Shown in pieces: positions 1-16,175 of a stretch of 64,000 nucleotides of DNA. The stretch spans positions 13,702,001-13,766,000 of the forward strand of contig OZ024763.1 in NCBI GenBank assembly GCA_964016885.1. The letters are read 5' to 3'. How positions within the stretch are numbered: position 1 is the first letter of the stretch; every line of letters starts with the position of its first letter. This DNA comes from Eledone cirrhosa (lineage: Eukaryota). The notes below the pieces were generated by a model. The model saw nothing but the letters and a program-made list of their open reading frames with translations. It was not told where the DNA came from and searched no databases. Position numbers and translations under genes: made by a program.

Positions 1-977
1 CACCACCTCTTTCTCTCTCACTGTTATATACCATTCTCTCTCCCTCACTCTTCCCTCTCTCTTTAATTATACTTCCCTAACTTCTCCCTCTCTCATTCTC
101 CTTAATCTCATCTTTCTCTCCTCCCCTTTCTACTTGACTCCCTTCTCCTCCTCCTTCCCTTCTGTTTTCCATCCTCTTACTCCTACCACCGCTGTTCTCC
201 ATCCTCCTACCCCCCCCCCCTGTTCTTCATCACGACCCAACTATTAGACTTTTACCAGACTTTACATGAAATTTAGTTAACGTTATACATCTTTATATAC
301 ATTAGCGTATTATACAATATATATAATATTATATAATATTGATTGATATAGCAGTAATAACACTTTGATGTAACAATAATAATTATTAGTATCAACCTAA
401 TTAATTAATATTGATAGATTTTAAGCCTCTATATATATATACATATATATGTAGTGTATGATTTATAATATATAATATATATAATATAATATAGTTTATT
501 AAAGTCAATTTAGTGGCCTGTTATTCGGGAGTCTTCGTCCTGATAGTACATGATACCCCAGGCTGTGATAAACTTTATATATATATATATATATGGTACT
601 GAGTTTTACTTATAATTGCTGAAGGGGTGGCGTGGTCTTGAAACGAACTCCTTGTGTGTGTCTAACACACTAGAAAAAATAGAAAGGGCTAGGAAATCGG
701 TCTCCCGTTCATCGTTAGTGGACTAAAGTTACTAAAATATACTGGATAAAGCGAAACAAAGCGAAAAGAAAGAGAAGACATTGGCGTGGTTTAGAAGAGA
801 AGTCTCATCTTTGTCAGCCCTCAGAAAAAAGGCTGGATTTTATTGTAACTCTCTTTCTTCTAAACTAGTGAATTTGTTAAGATACCAAGTTCTACCTACC
901 TACCTACTATACTAAATAAACATCGTGGACTTACTAACATACTGGATAAAGTGACAAGCCTCTGTGAACTGGCCAAG

Positions 978-1083
978 ATGAAGGTTTACCAAAGAAAAAT
1001 GGAGATGATGTTTATATGTGTGGGGTTAATTCTTAGCGTGGTCCCTCAAGTCTGGAGTATGACTCTTACTACAACTACCACAG
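978..1083 (+). CDS. Exon 1 of a secreted or cell-surface CUB-like domain protein (signal peptide MKVYQRKMEMMFICVGLILSVVPQVWS-MTLTTTTT)
   Basis: ATG with A at -3, a basic N-region, a hydrophobic core and a plausible VWS cleavage site. Perfect donor CAG|GTGAGT at 1083/1084, phase 1. Linkage to 48627 is inferred from phase and the continuing Thr-rich sequence. Confidence 0.7.
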
Positions 1084-1312
1084 GTGAGTTTATACAATTT
1101 TATAGTTTTATTTTGTCTTGGAACTGTTTCAGCTTCGCATCTAAAAAGAGGGTAATAGCCCTTAAATATCATGCTTTAATACAATGGGTAAAATATTGCT
1201 TTGTTTTGTTTTGTTTCATATGTCATTATTTGCCCTTCGTATTTTTCTACCGCGATGTACCAGCTTTTAAAAACATTATCGGTCTTTTACTCAAACCTTT
1301 TCAATTAATGTT

Positions 1313-1355
<43 letters not shown>

Positions 1356-1837
1356 CTATAACTCTCCCCGCCCGACGGAGAAATCTCACACGCACTTTGG
1401 GGTGGGTGAGAGATGCCTTCTTTCGTGAAAATGGGTATAGCTTTCATTATGTAAAATCTACCCCATTTTGCCTCATTTCTCCCCGATTGGGTTATTTTTA
1501 GGTTGGCAAGGTCTGATATATATAGTAAAGGAGTGAAGAATAGTGTGGATCGGCTGTACACTAGGGTTTATTCAAAATTATTAACAATTGTTTGGATACA
1601 TACATACATACATACATACATACATACATGTATGTGAAGTTTATATATCTAATAATATACGATATGTTTACTAATAAACATTTGAAACTCTTTTGCTATG
1701 AATTTTAAAGGTGCTGGCATGCGTCACCTACTCTCTTCCAACAGAAGAAAGGGATGCATATAGCAAATTTTCCCCCTACCCCATCTCAATTCGAAAATGC
1801 TTCCACCACCCGTATTATATATATATATATATATATA

Positions 1838-2012
1838 ACGAAAGAATTGTGGTAAGGAACCAGATGGACCATAATGTACCAAAGTACTCAATACTTAGAG
1901 TAGTAGAGTGGGTAATAGGAACAAGTATGATCCCGACGGCAGAGCTCAAGCCGTTTCGACGGCTATTTCAGTCCAGAAATTTGAGCTCAGCCGTCGGGGT
2001 CCTACTCGTTCC
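1838..2012. mobile_element. (TA)n-embedded fold-back element, 'ggtaaggaacc' family (also 2586-2815, 24331-24487, 26808-26958, 57646-57850, 60557-60747; related 29375-29507)
   Basis: Repeated ~170-230 bp unit with a unique arm containing aagtactc and an inverted duplication of ggaac..gaccccgacggctgagctcaagccgtttcgac. Confidence 0.8.
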
Positions 2013-2812
2013 TATATATATATATATATATATATATTAATATTGTGATTATAAAGACGGTGATAATTGTGGTAGTGGTGATGGTATTGATTGAGGTTTG
2101 GTGTTGTTAGTAGTGGTGGTAGTGATTGTGGTGGTAATCGTTGTGATGTAGTGATTGTGGTAAAGTGCTGCTGTTAGAGGTGGAAGTGGTACTAATGCTG
2201 TTGAGGTCGTTTTCTACCATAATTCCCACCACCATCACAACACAGAATAAAGTTTTATTAGCACGCACTCGCATGTACACACACACACATACAGACATAT
2301 TGAAACATTCAAACACGTGCGCGCACACACACGCACGTATTGAAATATACACACATGCACACACACACACACACATTGAAATATACAAACGTGCGCGTAC
2401 ACACACATTGAAACATACAAACGGGCGCACACATACAGACATGCGCATACATACACATATTGAAACATACCAACGTGCGCGCACACACACTGAAACATAC
2501 AAACGTGCACGCACATACACATACAAAAACGTATTGTGCCCCTATCCAAGCTACACACGCACACCCTTGTTTATATATATATATAACGAAGGAAATGTGG
2601 TAAGGAACCAGGTGGACCATAACGCACCAAAGTACTCAATACTTAGGGTAGTAGAGAGGGTAATAGGAACGAGTAGGACCCCGACGGCTGAGCTCAAGCC
2701 GTTTCGACGGCTAATTCTGGACTAAAAAAAAATTAAAAAAAAATTTTTTTTTTTAGTCCAGAATTAGCCGTCGAAACGGCTTGAGCTCAGCCGTCGGGGT
2801 CCTACTCGTTCC

Positions 2813-2892
<80 letters not shown>

Positions 2893-3168
2893 CTCTGAAT
2901 TTGCGTTACGTTTCGCTTTTACTACCCGTCGAAATATATATATATATATATATTAAAATAACAGATTAAAGTTTAAGCAAAGAATCGCCGCTTTCACCCT
3001 TAACGGGGTCTTCTGAAACTAACCCCGTTAAGGGTGAAAGCAGCGATTCTTTGCTTAAACTTTAATCTGTTATTTTAATAAATATTTGCTCTACGGTTCT
3101 TATATATTTGATATATATTTATCCTTATCGAGCCCTCTTTGGATTTTAGTCTTCAAATTTATCATTAT

Positions 3169-3237
<69 letters not shown>

Positions 3238-3525
3238 TAAGTACACACACATATATGTGTGTGTATGTGTGTATTCACGCAATACAGTAATTCTTATCCC
3301 CAGGGCGTCTATCCATGCTTTCAGAACTACTCTTGTAATAAGATATGTACACATGTACATAAATATACACACATACATCTTCACACAAACACGCATACAC
3401 GCACGCTCATATACAGTCATATATACGCAGGCATGGTTGTGGTGGTTAAGGTGTTCACTCTGTAACCAGGGGTTTTTGGGTTCATTCCCTCAGCGTGGCA
3501 CCTAATATATATATATATATATATA

Positions 3526-3963
3526 CGATATATTAACAAATGGAAACTATATTTATAAAACCATATTTATTTCATTATACATATTTCAAGGACACCAAGT
3601 CATATTATGGTGCGCTTTCATCAGATAAAATATAATATAGAGCAGTTTTATAAATAAATATTGACATACCCTTAAAGAATGTGACCATTTCTATTGGAAG
3701 CTCCCGGATTTCCAACAGAAATGGTCGCATTCTTTTAAGGGTATGTCAATATTTGTTTATAAAACTGCTCTATATTATATTTTATCCGATGAAAGCGCAC
3801 CATAATTTGACTTGGTGTCCTTGAAATATGTATAATGAAATAAATATGGTTTTATAAATAGTTTCCATTTGTTAATATATTGTATTTTTACTCCAATAAT
3901 TTGTTGAGTGCTTTATATCAGTTATAAAAATATTTGCTTGTTGTATCCCAACAATTTAAATAT

Positions 3964-3968
<5 letters not shown>
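3526..3968. mobile_element. (TA)n-embedded fold-back element, family A (also 4400-4800, 24085-24290, 36648-37063, 38132-38515, 41048-41423, 56917-57328)
   Basis: ~160-bp inverted arms with hammerhead motifs, plus a unique arm carrying gagtgct. Confidence 0.85.
3571..3630 (-). ncRNA. Type I hammerhead ribozyme motif
   Basis: TTTTAT CTGATGA AAGCGCACCA-loop-TGGTGTCCTT GAAA TATGTA TAATGAA. The + copy at 3780-3840 has CCGATGA. Confidence 0.7.
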
Positions 3969-4034
<66 letters not shown>

Positions 4035-4039
<5 letters not shown>

Positions 4040-4383
4040 AAGGTTAAACAAGGTTCAATGAATAAATCAAAGAATGAGTTTTACAATAGATTGGAAGCAC
4101 TCAACAAGAATGGTTTTCCGGAGTTATTAATATTAATTCAAAATATTAACAAAAATAGACATTCGTGTGATCAAGTATATTTTATTATACATATTTCAGA
4201 GGTACTGAGCTATCTTCAACAGTACGTCCTCATCAGATAAAATAAGATGATGCATGACATACTCTGACATAGTAGATGGTTAAGATTCAGCCATGTTGAA
4301 GATAGCTCAGTACCTCTGAAATATGTATAATAAAATATACTTGATCACACGAATGTCTATTTTTGTTAATATTTTGAATTAAT
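4035..4383. mobile_element. (TA)n-embedded fold-back element, family B (also 6430-6572, 29045-29375, 30055-30460, 60821-61105)
   Basis: Shared unique arm ..ttttacaatagatt..aagcactc..; inverted segment; hammerhead motif. Confidence 0.85.
4180..4243 (-). ncRNA. Type I hammerhead ribozyme motif
   Basis: ATTTTAT CTGATGA GGACGTACTG-loop-CAGTACCTCT GAAA TATGTA TAATAAAAT. Confidence 0.75.
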
Positions 4384-4694
4384 ATATATATATATATATA
4401 TTGAAAGTTATATTTAAATTGTTGGGTTACAACTAGTAAATATTTATAACTGATATAAAAGCACTCAACAAGTATTTGGAGTATATTTACGATATTAAAT
4501 AAATGGAAACTATATTTATAAAACCATATTTATTTCACTATATATATTTCAGGGATATCATATTAACAATATGTTATGCCTTCTTCAGACAAAATACAAT
4601 ATAGACAAAATACAATATAGACAACTTTTTCAAATACAAGTCGATGTTGAACGGTATGTCAAATCTATTTATCTATAAAACTGTCTATATTGTA

Positions 4695-4756
4695 TTTTGT
4701 CTGAAGAAGGCATAACATATTGTTAATATGATATCCCTGAAATATATATAATGAAA
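4695..4756 (+). ncRNA. Type I hammerhead ribozyme motif (inverted partner 4533-4595, - strand)
   Basis: TTTTGT CTGAAGA AGGCATAACATATT-GTT-AATATGATATCCCT GAAA TATATA TAATGAAA. Confidence 0.7.
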
Positions 4757-4798
4757 TAAATATGGTTTTATAAATATAGTTTCCATTTATTTAATATC

Positions 4799-4861
<63 letters not shown>

Positions 4862-5190
4862 GGAGTGTAACTTGGAGTTACCGTAGGTTCACTCGAGTGA
4901 GCACTCGATGTTTAGGTTCACTTCTGTGTTGAGGTGTAGAGCTAGACAGACTGTAATATATTGAAAAGATAACAAGGACGATTGGTTACTCCTCCATTAC
5001 ATTTATTGGTTGGTGACGCGTGTTTCGCCACTGATCAGCTCAAGGTTCTACTAGCATTTTAAGGGGCCCGTCGAGCTACAGATTACAGAGTCGGGTAAGA
5101 TCGATACAGATCGAACCTTGAGCTGATCAGTGGCGATACGTGCGTCACCAACCAATAAATGTAATGAAGGAGTAACCAATCGTCCTTGTT

Positions 5191-5287
<97 letters not shown>

Positions 5288-5552
5288 GAAGTAATTCTGT
5301 CAGAAAAGTCCAGGAAAAAAGAGTGCTCTATGTAGGTAACAGAGCTTAATAGTTATGTAATAAACAAAATAAGGCAATTATTCCATTTACCAGTGGTTTC
5401 TTAAAAGCAAAAAAATGTTGCTTTCAATCATCAGAATGAAAAAATCCTGGTGTATTTATTGACTTTGGATTTTAAAAATCCAAAGTCAATAAATTTTAAA
5501 ATCCAAAGTCAATAAATTTTAAAATCCAAAGTCAATAAATACGCCAGGATTT

Positions 5553-5613
5553 TTTCATTCTGATGATTGAAAGCAAAATGTTTTTGCTTTTAAGAAACCA
5601 CTGGTAAATGAAA
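5553..5613 (+). ncRNA. Type I hammerhead ribozyme, best-formed example (inverted partner 5381-5441, - strand)
   Basis: Stem I TTTCATT/AATGAAA, core CTGATGA, 12-bp stem II TTGAAAGCAAAA/TTTTGCTTTTAA, GAA, stem III ACC-act-GGT, predicted cleavage after GUA at 5606. Confidence 0.85.
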
Positions 5614-6097
5614 TAATTGCCTTATGTTGTTTATTACATAACTATATATATATATAGAGTAAGTCCATAGAATCATTAGATAAAATATATACAGTATTTC
5701 TTCTCCCAATCAGCATAAAATATACGTATAAATTTGGTGGTTTATCATGGGTAGAATTGGTCATTCTGCAATGTCAATCATGACGTAATATGAGAAAAGC
5801 ACTCGATGTTATGCAACTCATCCATCTTCAGTATTGAATCATATTGGTGGTGCGGGAACCGAGTAAATGTATTAAATGCCTCTTCGTTGTTGTGGTGGCT
5901 TCTGTGGCTTTGTCCCCTTAACCACAGTTTTCAATTTGTCACGCTATTTAACGTATGTTTATTACTCTAAGATGTAACTTATCGATTAATCGATACATTC
6001 TTATTGAGGGCTTCATGCAAGCTCCAAATTGTTTTTTTTTTTGTTTTTTATCGTGGGTTCTGGCCGACCGCCGCAACTTCGATTTCACTAACTTCCA

Positions 6098-6135
<38 letters not shown>

Positions 6136-6569
6136 TGTGTGTGTAAGATGAGACCTAAAAAACGAAAATGTTATAAGTTTTGCAATAGTTGCATTGAAAA
6201 CACAGGATAAATGCACAAAAAAATGTATTTGAAATGTTAGTGTTATTACTAAATTACTCTAAATTATTTGAAATGCCATAGACTGCCTTTCAAATATGGC
6301 AATGAAAGGGTTAAACTGTTGATATTTATCTAAAAACCTTCCATCATAATTTTATGCAATAACCTTTGTTAAGTTATGTTCCAAACACCAGATAAAGGAG
6401 AAAGTTAGGTGTATTACTAAATAATACATATATTCTGATTATGTGAATGTCTTCATTTATTAATATTTTGAATAATATTAATAACTCCAGAAAACTTCTT
6501 TGTAGAGTGCTTTTAATCTATTGTAAAACTATATTCACTGAGTAATCAATGAACCATATTAATCTTTTG

Positions 6570-6613
<44 letters not shown>

Positions 6614-6756
6614 GTAGAACACTAGTGGATTATATTCGTAGTGGTAGAGCACTCAGTCCATGGGACGAATTTGTTTGGAAGAAGTAGTTCCACAACAGTT
6701 AGTTCACCATTACTGGGAACAATTGTTTCACCTTATTCGGATCATCATTTTAGACC

Positions 6757-6793
6757 GAGCTGATGATCCAAATAAGGTGAAACAATTGTTCTC
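6757..6793 (+). ncRNA. Type I hammerhead-like motif
   Basis: GAG CTGATGA tCC-aaataa-GGt GAAACAATTGTT CTC. Palindromic stem III but weak stem II. Confidence 0.55.
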
Positions 6794-6824
6794 AGTAATG
6801 GTGAACTAACTGTTGTGGAACTAC

Positions 6825-6874
<50 letters not shown>

Positions 6875-7235
6875 CAGATGGTAGCTAAGAAAGAGGCTTC
6901 CATAGGCGGTATGCCGGTTGAGCACTCTATGCTCTTACAGAGCAGAGTATGATAGAATAGAAAACGAAAAATCAGTGATGCATCTGAAGTGAGAGAATCT
7001 GCTCCGAAATCATTAGACGTGTCCGTCAAATTTGCGGGTCCAGAATCAGACAGATCCACACAATGATCACGTCTCGAGCTGTCTGCCGGGGAAACAATTG
7101 TAATACACAATAAATTGAGTTCAGATGCATCACTGATTTTTCGTTTTCCAAGTTAAGGGCTGCTTTAATTAAAACTCATTATATTTCTAATTTTAGACTC
7201 TTATTTGAAAATAATCCAGAATTATAGAGGGGATT

Positions 7236-7300
<65 letters not shown>

Positions 7301-7414
7301 TATATATATATAAATCAAAATGGATTCTAAGAAACTGGTTTTATATATCTATATATATAGATATATATAGATATATAAAACCAGTTTCTTAGAATCCATT
7401 TTGATTTATATATA

Positions 7415-7457
<43 letters not shown>

Positions 7458-7753
7458 CTCTTTTACCTGTTTCAGCCATCCGGCTGAGGCCATGCTGGGG
7501 CACCGCCCTTGATATATATATATATATATATCAAATCCCGTCTATAATTCTGGATTATTTTCAAATAAGAGTCTAAAATTAGAAATATAATGAGTTTTAA
7601 TTAAAGTAGCCCTTAACTTGTGCACACTAACCCTAATAACAACAGGAGTGGGAGGTGGGCTTAAGGAAATCTCTTTTTTCTCTCTGTTTCATAACGGATA
7701 ATTTTCAAGTGTTGTAATTCTACCCTGAGGGGGAAAGGAGGAAGGTAGAATAG

Positions 7754-7818
<65 letters not shown>

Positions 7819-8010
7819 ATACTTATATATAAATTCATTATTGGAGAAAGCTTTTTTGCGATATACATACATATATATATATACACACACACACACCCAC
7901 ACACATTCATATATATGTGTGTGTGTGTGTATATATATATATATTTATATATATATACACACACACACATTCATATATATATGTGTGTGTGTATATATAT
8001 ATATTTATAT

Positions 8011-8041
<31 letters not shown>

Positions 8042-8150
8042 CTATATATATAGACACTCATACATACATATTTGGGTATATATATATGTACACACAAACA
8101 CATATATATATATATATGCATACATACACACACACATATATATATGTATG

Positions 8151-8221
<71 letters not shown>

Positions 8222-8277
8222 ATACATATGTGTGCGTGTATATACATGTACACACACACAAACACACACACACACAA

Positions 8278-8335
<58 letters not shown>

Positions 8336-8671
8336 TCATCGTTTAAAGTCCATCTTCCACACTAGCATGGGTTATAACCAAATGAAAAAGATATATGTAT
8401 ATATAGAGTGAGAAAATATATATATATGTGTATGTGTGTGTGTACATGTATATACCTGTATATATATATAATATGTATGTATGTGAGTGTGTGTATATAT
8501 ATAGTCCAAATACATATTACATAGAACAATGTGTAAGCAGGTAGAAACATAAGAGAAACCTTACAGCGCTTTTTCATTTGGTTAGTATGGCTCTAAAAAA
8601 TGACTATTGAGTTTGCTTATTGAGAAACACAAAATTCTAACATATTTGATATGTTTTGACTCATTATTTGT

Positions 8672-8980
8672 AAGGCCAGCAATTACCCAGTGTATTACTG
8701 GTACTTTATTTTATCGACCCCGTAAGGATGAAAGGCAAAGTTCACCTTGGCGGGATTTGAACTCAGACCATAAAGGGCCGTAACTCTTTGCTGCAAAGCA
8801 TGGTGTCCGGTAGAGGGTCGGACGCCATGCTTTGCAGCAAAGAGTTACGGCCCTTTATGGTCTGAGTTCAAATCCTGCCGAGGTGAACTTTGCCTTTCAT
8901 CCTTACGGGGTCGATAAAATAAAAGTACCAGTAATGCACTGGGTAATTGCTGGCCTTGTGCCTAAAGTAGAAACAATTAT
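8672..8980. mobile_element. tRNA-derived SINE (Meta-domain-like), two copies head-to-head
   Basis: B box gagttcaaatcc; central gcctttcatccttacggggtcgataaaataaagtaccag; 8672-8810 is the reverse complement of 8820-8960. Confidence 0.85.
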
Positions 8981-8989
8981 TTGTATATA

Positions 8990-9337
8990 TCATCATCATC
9001 ATCATCATCATCATACGTCTGCTTTTCTCTGCTTGCAAGGGTTGGACGGGTCCTATTCAGCACAGCATCTCTCCACTCGTCACGGTCCTTCGTCATCTCC
9101 TTGGTGGGTTTCAGCGATCTGAGGTCTGCTCTCACCACCTCCGCCCATGTTTTACGTGGTCTACCTCTACTGCGTTTTCCTTCTACTGGGATTACTTGGC
9201 ACTTCTTTACCCAGCGGTCATCCTCCATGCGCATCACATGTCCATACCATCTCAGCCTTCTCTCCTGCACACCACAACTTATCCCTCTTATACCCAGTTT
9301 CTTTCTCAACTCGTCCATGCCTGGTCGTTCACGCACA
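8990..9337 (-). mobile_element. 5'-truncated RTE copy
   Basis: ERRLRWYGHVMRMEDD...RGRPRKTW resembles the C-terminus of the 62313 ORF; (GAT)n tail. Confidence 0.9.
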
Positions 9338-9880
9338 TATAAATGTATTTAATTAGAAAGTGAAGAACACAAAATATAACTACTCCATTACCACAGGTTT
9401 CACTTTCTAATTAAATAGCTAAACCTTTGGTAATGGACTAGTTATATTTTGTGTTGTTCACTTTATAATTAAATAGCTCTGTTTTATACATAGAGCACTC
9501 TTTTTTCCATTGCTTTTTCTTCGGAAATACTTAACACACATATATATACTTACAGTAAATATTGATGCAATTCAATTCAAGCACTCAACGTACTTTTTCC
9601 ACATAGTAATGGCAGAGTGTGTTTAGAATAAGAAAATGCGAAGTAGATTCAGATGTTAATGTCTTTTATTGTTAAGGCTGTGATGCATATTTCAATGATG
9701 ACAGTGGTCACGTGATTCTGCGTACCCAGCGCCATGATCTCATCAGACAGCTTCATTACATAATAAGGCAATCAAAATTGCAACGACAAGCTTTGCCCTT
9801 TCCCTTGGGAACGGGTACTTATTTTTATTCATCTCTTTTTGTTGAAACGCTAAGTTACTAGACATGAAAACATAGGAACT

Positions 9881-13170
<3,290 letters not shown>

Positions 13171-13394
13171 ATTAATAAAAAGCGGAGGCCATATTCAGTT
13201 GATTCAGGTTTATTTAAAACTCTGTTATACATATTTCACTGAGGACTATCACCAGTTGAGATACCCTGAGCTCTTCAGACAGCAAAACCTAAAAAAAAAC
13301 ATTGAAAGTTCCTAATAAACCTTTAAATTTGGAAAAATCCAATAAATTTCCAAGAGGTTAAACAGCGATGATATATATAAGGGTGTTGTAGTTT

Positions 13395-14300
13395 AAAAGA
13401 ATGTGGTGCCCCAGCATGGCCACAGTCCAATGACTGAAACCAGTAAAAGAGTAAAAGAATGTGGTGCCCCAGCATGGCCACAGCCTAATGACCAAAACTA
13501 GTAAAACAGTATAAAGAGTGTGGTACCCCAGTATGGTCGCAGTCTAAGGGTTGAAACCAGTAAAATAATATAAAAATGTAGTGCCCCAGCATGGCCACAG
13601 TCCAATGACTGAAACCAGTAAAAGAATAAAAGAACATGGTGCTCCAGCATGGCCACAGTCTGTTGACTGAAACTAGTATAAGAACAAAAAGAATGTGTTG
13701 CCCCATCATGACCACAGTCTAGTGACTGAAACCAATGAAAGAATAAAAGAACATGGTGCCCCAGCATGGCCACAGTCTAGTGACTGAAACCAATGAAAGA
13801 ATAAAAGAACATTTGCCCCAGCATGGCCACAGTCTAGTGACTGAAACCAATGAAAGAATAAAAGAACATGGTGCTCCAGCATGGCCACAGTCTGTTGACT
13901 GAAACTAGTATAAGAACAAAAAGAATGTGTTGCCCCATCATGACCACAGTCTAGTGACTGAAACCAATGAAAGAATAAAAGAACATGGTGCCCCAGCATG
14001 GCCACAGTCTAGCGACTGAAACCAATGAAAGAATAAAAGAACATTTGCCCCAGCATGGCCACAGTCTAGTGACTGAAACCAATGAAAGAATAAAAGAACA
14101 TGGTGCCCCAGCATGGCCACAGTCTAGTGACTGAAACCAATGAAAGAATAAAAGAACATGGTGCCCCAGCATGGCCACAGTCTAGTGACTGAAACCAATG
14201 AAAGAATAAAAGAACATGGTGCCCCAGCATGGCCACAGTCTAGTGACTGAAACAAGTAAAATAATAAAAGAATGTGGTGCCCCAGCATGGCCACAGTCCA
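13395..14300 (+). repeat. ~58-bp minisatellite (~15 copies) from a dispersed repeat tail
   Basis: Unit tggtgccccagcatggccacagtctagtgactgaaaccaatgaaagaataaaagaaca. A single reverse copy lies at 7455-7510. Confidence 0.95.
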
Positions 14301-14422
14301 AAAAGAAACGGGAGCAAATGTCTTATTCACTAGTTTTCATTCGGATAAAACAGAATTAGCAGAATATATATTTTACTAAAACCTCTTCTGCTTTTCATAT
14401 CTATATAGATTGTCTGACCCTG

Positions 14423-14437
14423 TGGTCAGTTTGACCT
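14423..14437. promoter_or_regulatory. Candidate IR3/ERE-like palindrome tGGTCA-gtt-TGACCT
   Basis: Matches the GGTCAnnnTGACC core; an extra TGACCC half-site lies at 14415-14420. Confidence 0.25.
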
Positions 14438-14482
14438 CTCAGTCATCGGGTGGTATATAGTGCCAGTCAAGGTTAGAACTGT

Positions 14483-14855
14483 ACAACACTGTATTAGAAC
14501 TGGTCATCTGTACAGTGTACACAGTACCACAATCAGTACCACAGTGTATTAGAACTGGTTATCTTTATACTATATACAGTACCACACTATTAGAACTGGT
14601 CATCTGTACAGTATACACAGTACCACAATCAGTACCACAGTGTATTAGAACTGGTCATATTTATACTATATACAGTACCACACTATTAGAACTGGTCATC
14701 TGTACAGTGTACACAGTACCACAGTGTATTAGAACTGGTCATATTTATACTATATACAGTACCACACTATTAGAACTGGTCATCTTTACAGTGTACACAG
14801 TACCATATTGTACACAGTACCACACTGTATTAGAACTGGTCATCTTTACACTATA
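14483..14855 (+). repeat. Complex minisatellite (tattagaactggtcat subunits)
   Basis: Direct inspection. Confidence 0.85.
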
Positions 14856-14942
14856 CTATATTATTCGAGTGACAAAGGTTGGTTGATCAAATAATGCACC
14901 AACTTTGATCATAAACAGACATAAAGCACTCTATAACTTATA

Positions 14943-15082
14943 TTCCTTAAAGTATTATCAATAAGATATCTTCCTTAAAGTATTATCAATAAGATATCTT
15001 CCTTAAAGTATTATCAATAAGGTATCTTCCTTAAAGTATTATCAATAAGATATCTTCCTTAAAGTATTATCAATAAGGTATC
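14943..15082 (+). repeat. 28-bp tandem x5
   Basis: ttccttaaagtattatcaataagatatc. Confidence 0.9.
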
Positions 15083-15129
15083 AACCATATAGAGTGGTGG
15101 TATATTAAAGGATAATATTAGTCTGTATA

Positions 15130-15306
15130 TTGGCAGTATTGGTAGAGGGTCGGACGCCATGCTTTCCAGCATAGTTACGTCCCTTTACGATCTGAGTTCA
15201 AATCCCGCCGAGGTTGACTTTGCCTTTCATCCTTACGGGGTCGATAAAATAAAGTACCAGTAATGAACTGGGTAATTGCTGGCCTTGTGCCTAAAGTAGA
15301 AACAAA
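15130..15306 (+). mobile_element. tRNA-derived SINE (Meta-domain-like)
   Basis: A box tggcagtattgg, B box gttcaaatcc; TSD atatt(a/g)gtctgtata. Confidence 0.9.
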
Positions 15307-15598
15307 TATTGGTCTGTATAACAAAATATCAATTTTCTAGTTCCAAACACTTGGAGCAGAGCAGATCTTTGAAAATATTCCTCTTTCTCTCAAACAAAAG
15401 CTACTTCAAAATATTTCCATAAATAAACAATCGTTGACCTCATAACAAACATCCGCTTTAGTCAACAATAGCTGCCATGACTATCATCCTGTTTATTATT
15501 TAATTGTCTTAACTCCTTCACTTACTGATTTCTTGTGGAAGAAATTTTGGAAAAAAATCAACTTTCTCATTATGATGTAGTAATATTATCATACCGGT

Positions 15599-16175
15599 GT
15601 TTGGAACAACTTAACAAGGGTTCTTATATATAATTTGGAACATAACTTAACAAAGGTTTTTACATATAATTTAGAACATAACTTAACAAAGGTTTTTACA
15701 TATAATTTGGAACATAACTTAACAAAGGTTTTTACATATAATTTAGAACATAACTTAACAAAGGTTTTTACATATAATTTGGAACATAACTTAACAAAGG
15801 TTTTTACATATAATTTAGAACATAATTTAACAAAGGTTTTTACATATAATTTGGAACATAACTTAACAAAGGTTTTTACATATAATTTAGAACATAACTT
15901 AACAAAGGTTTTTACATATAATTTGGAACATAACTTAACAAAGGTTTTTACATACAATTTAGAACATAATTTAACAAAGGTTTTTACATATAATTTGGAA
16001 CATAACTTAACAAAGGTTTTTACATATAATTTAGAACATAACTTAACAAAGGTTTTTACATATAATTTGGAACATAACTTAACAAAGGTTTTTACATATA
16101 ATTTAGAACATAATTTAACAAAGGTTTTTACATATAATTTAGAACATAACTTAACAAAGGTTCTTACATATAATT
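15599..16175 (+). repeat. 36-bp minisatellite (~16 copies) within a dispersed AT-rich repeat (related pieces 6310-6420, 16230-16650, 30680-30760, 42870-43190)
   Basis: Unit tttggaacataacttaacaaaggtttttacatataa. Confidence 0.95.

Noticed and set aside
3526-3968. Interpreting the fold-back elements as classical TIR MITEs
   Set aside because: The inverted arms are not terminal (one unique arm extends beyond them), breakpoints vary between copies, and the arms contain ribozyme motifs.
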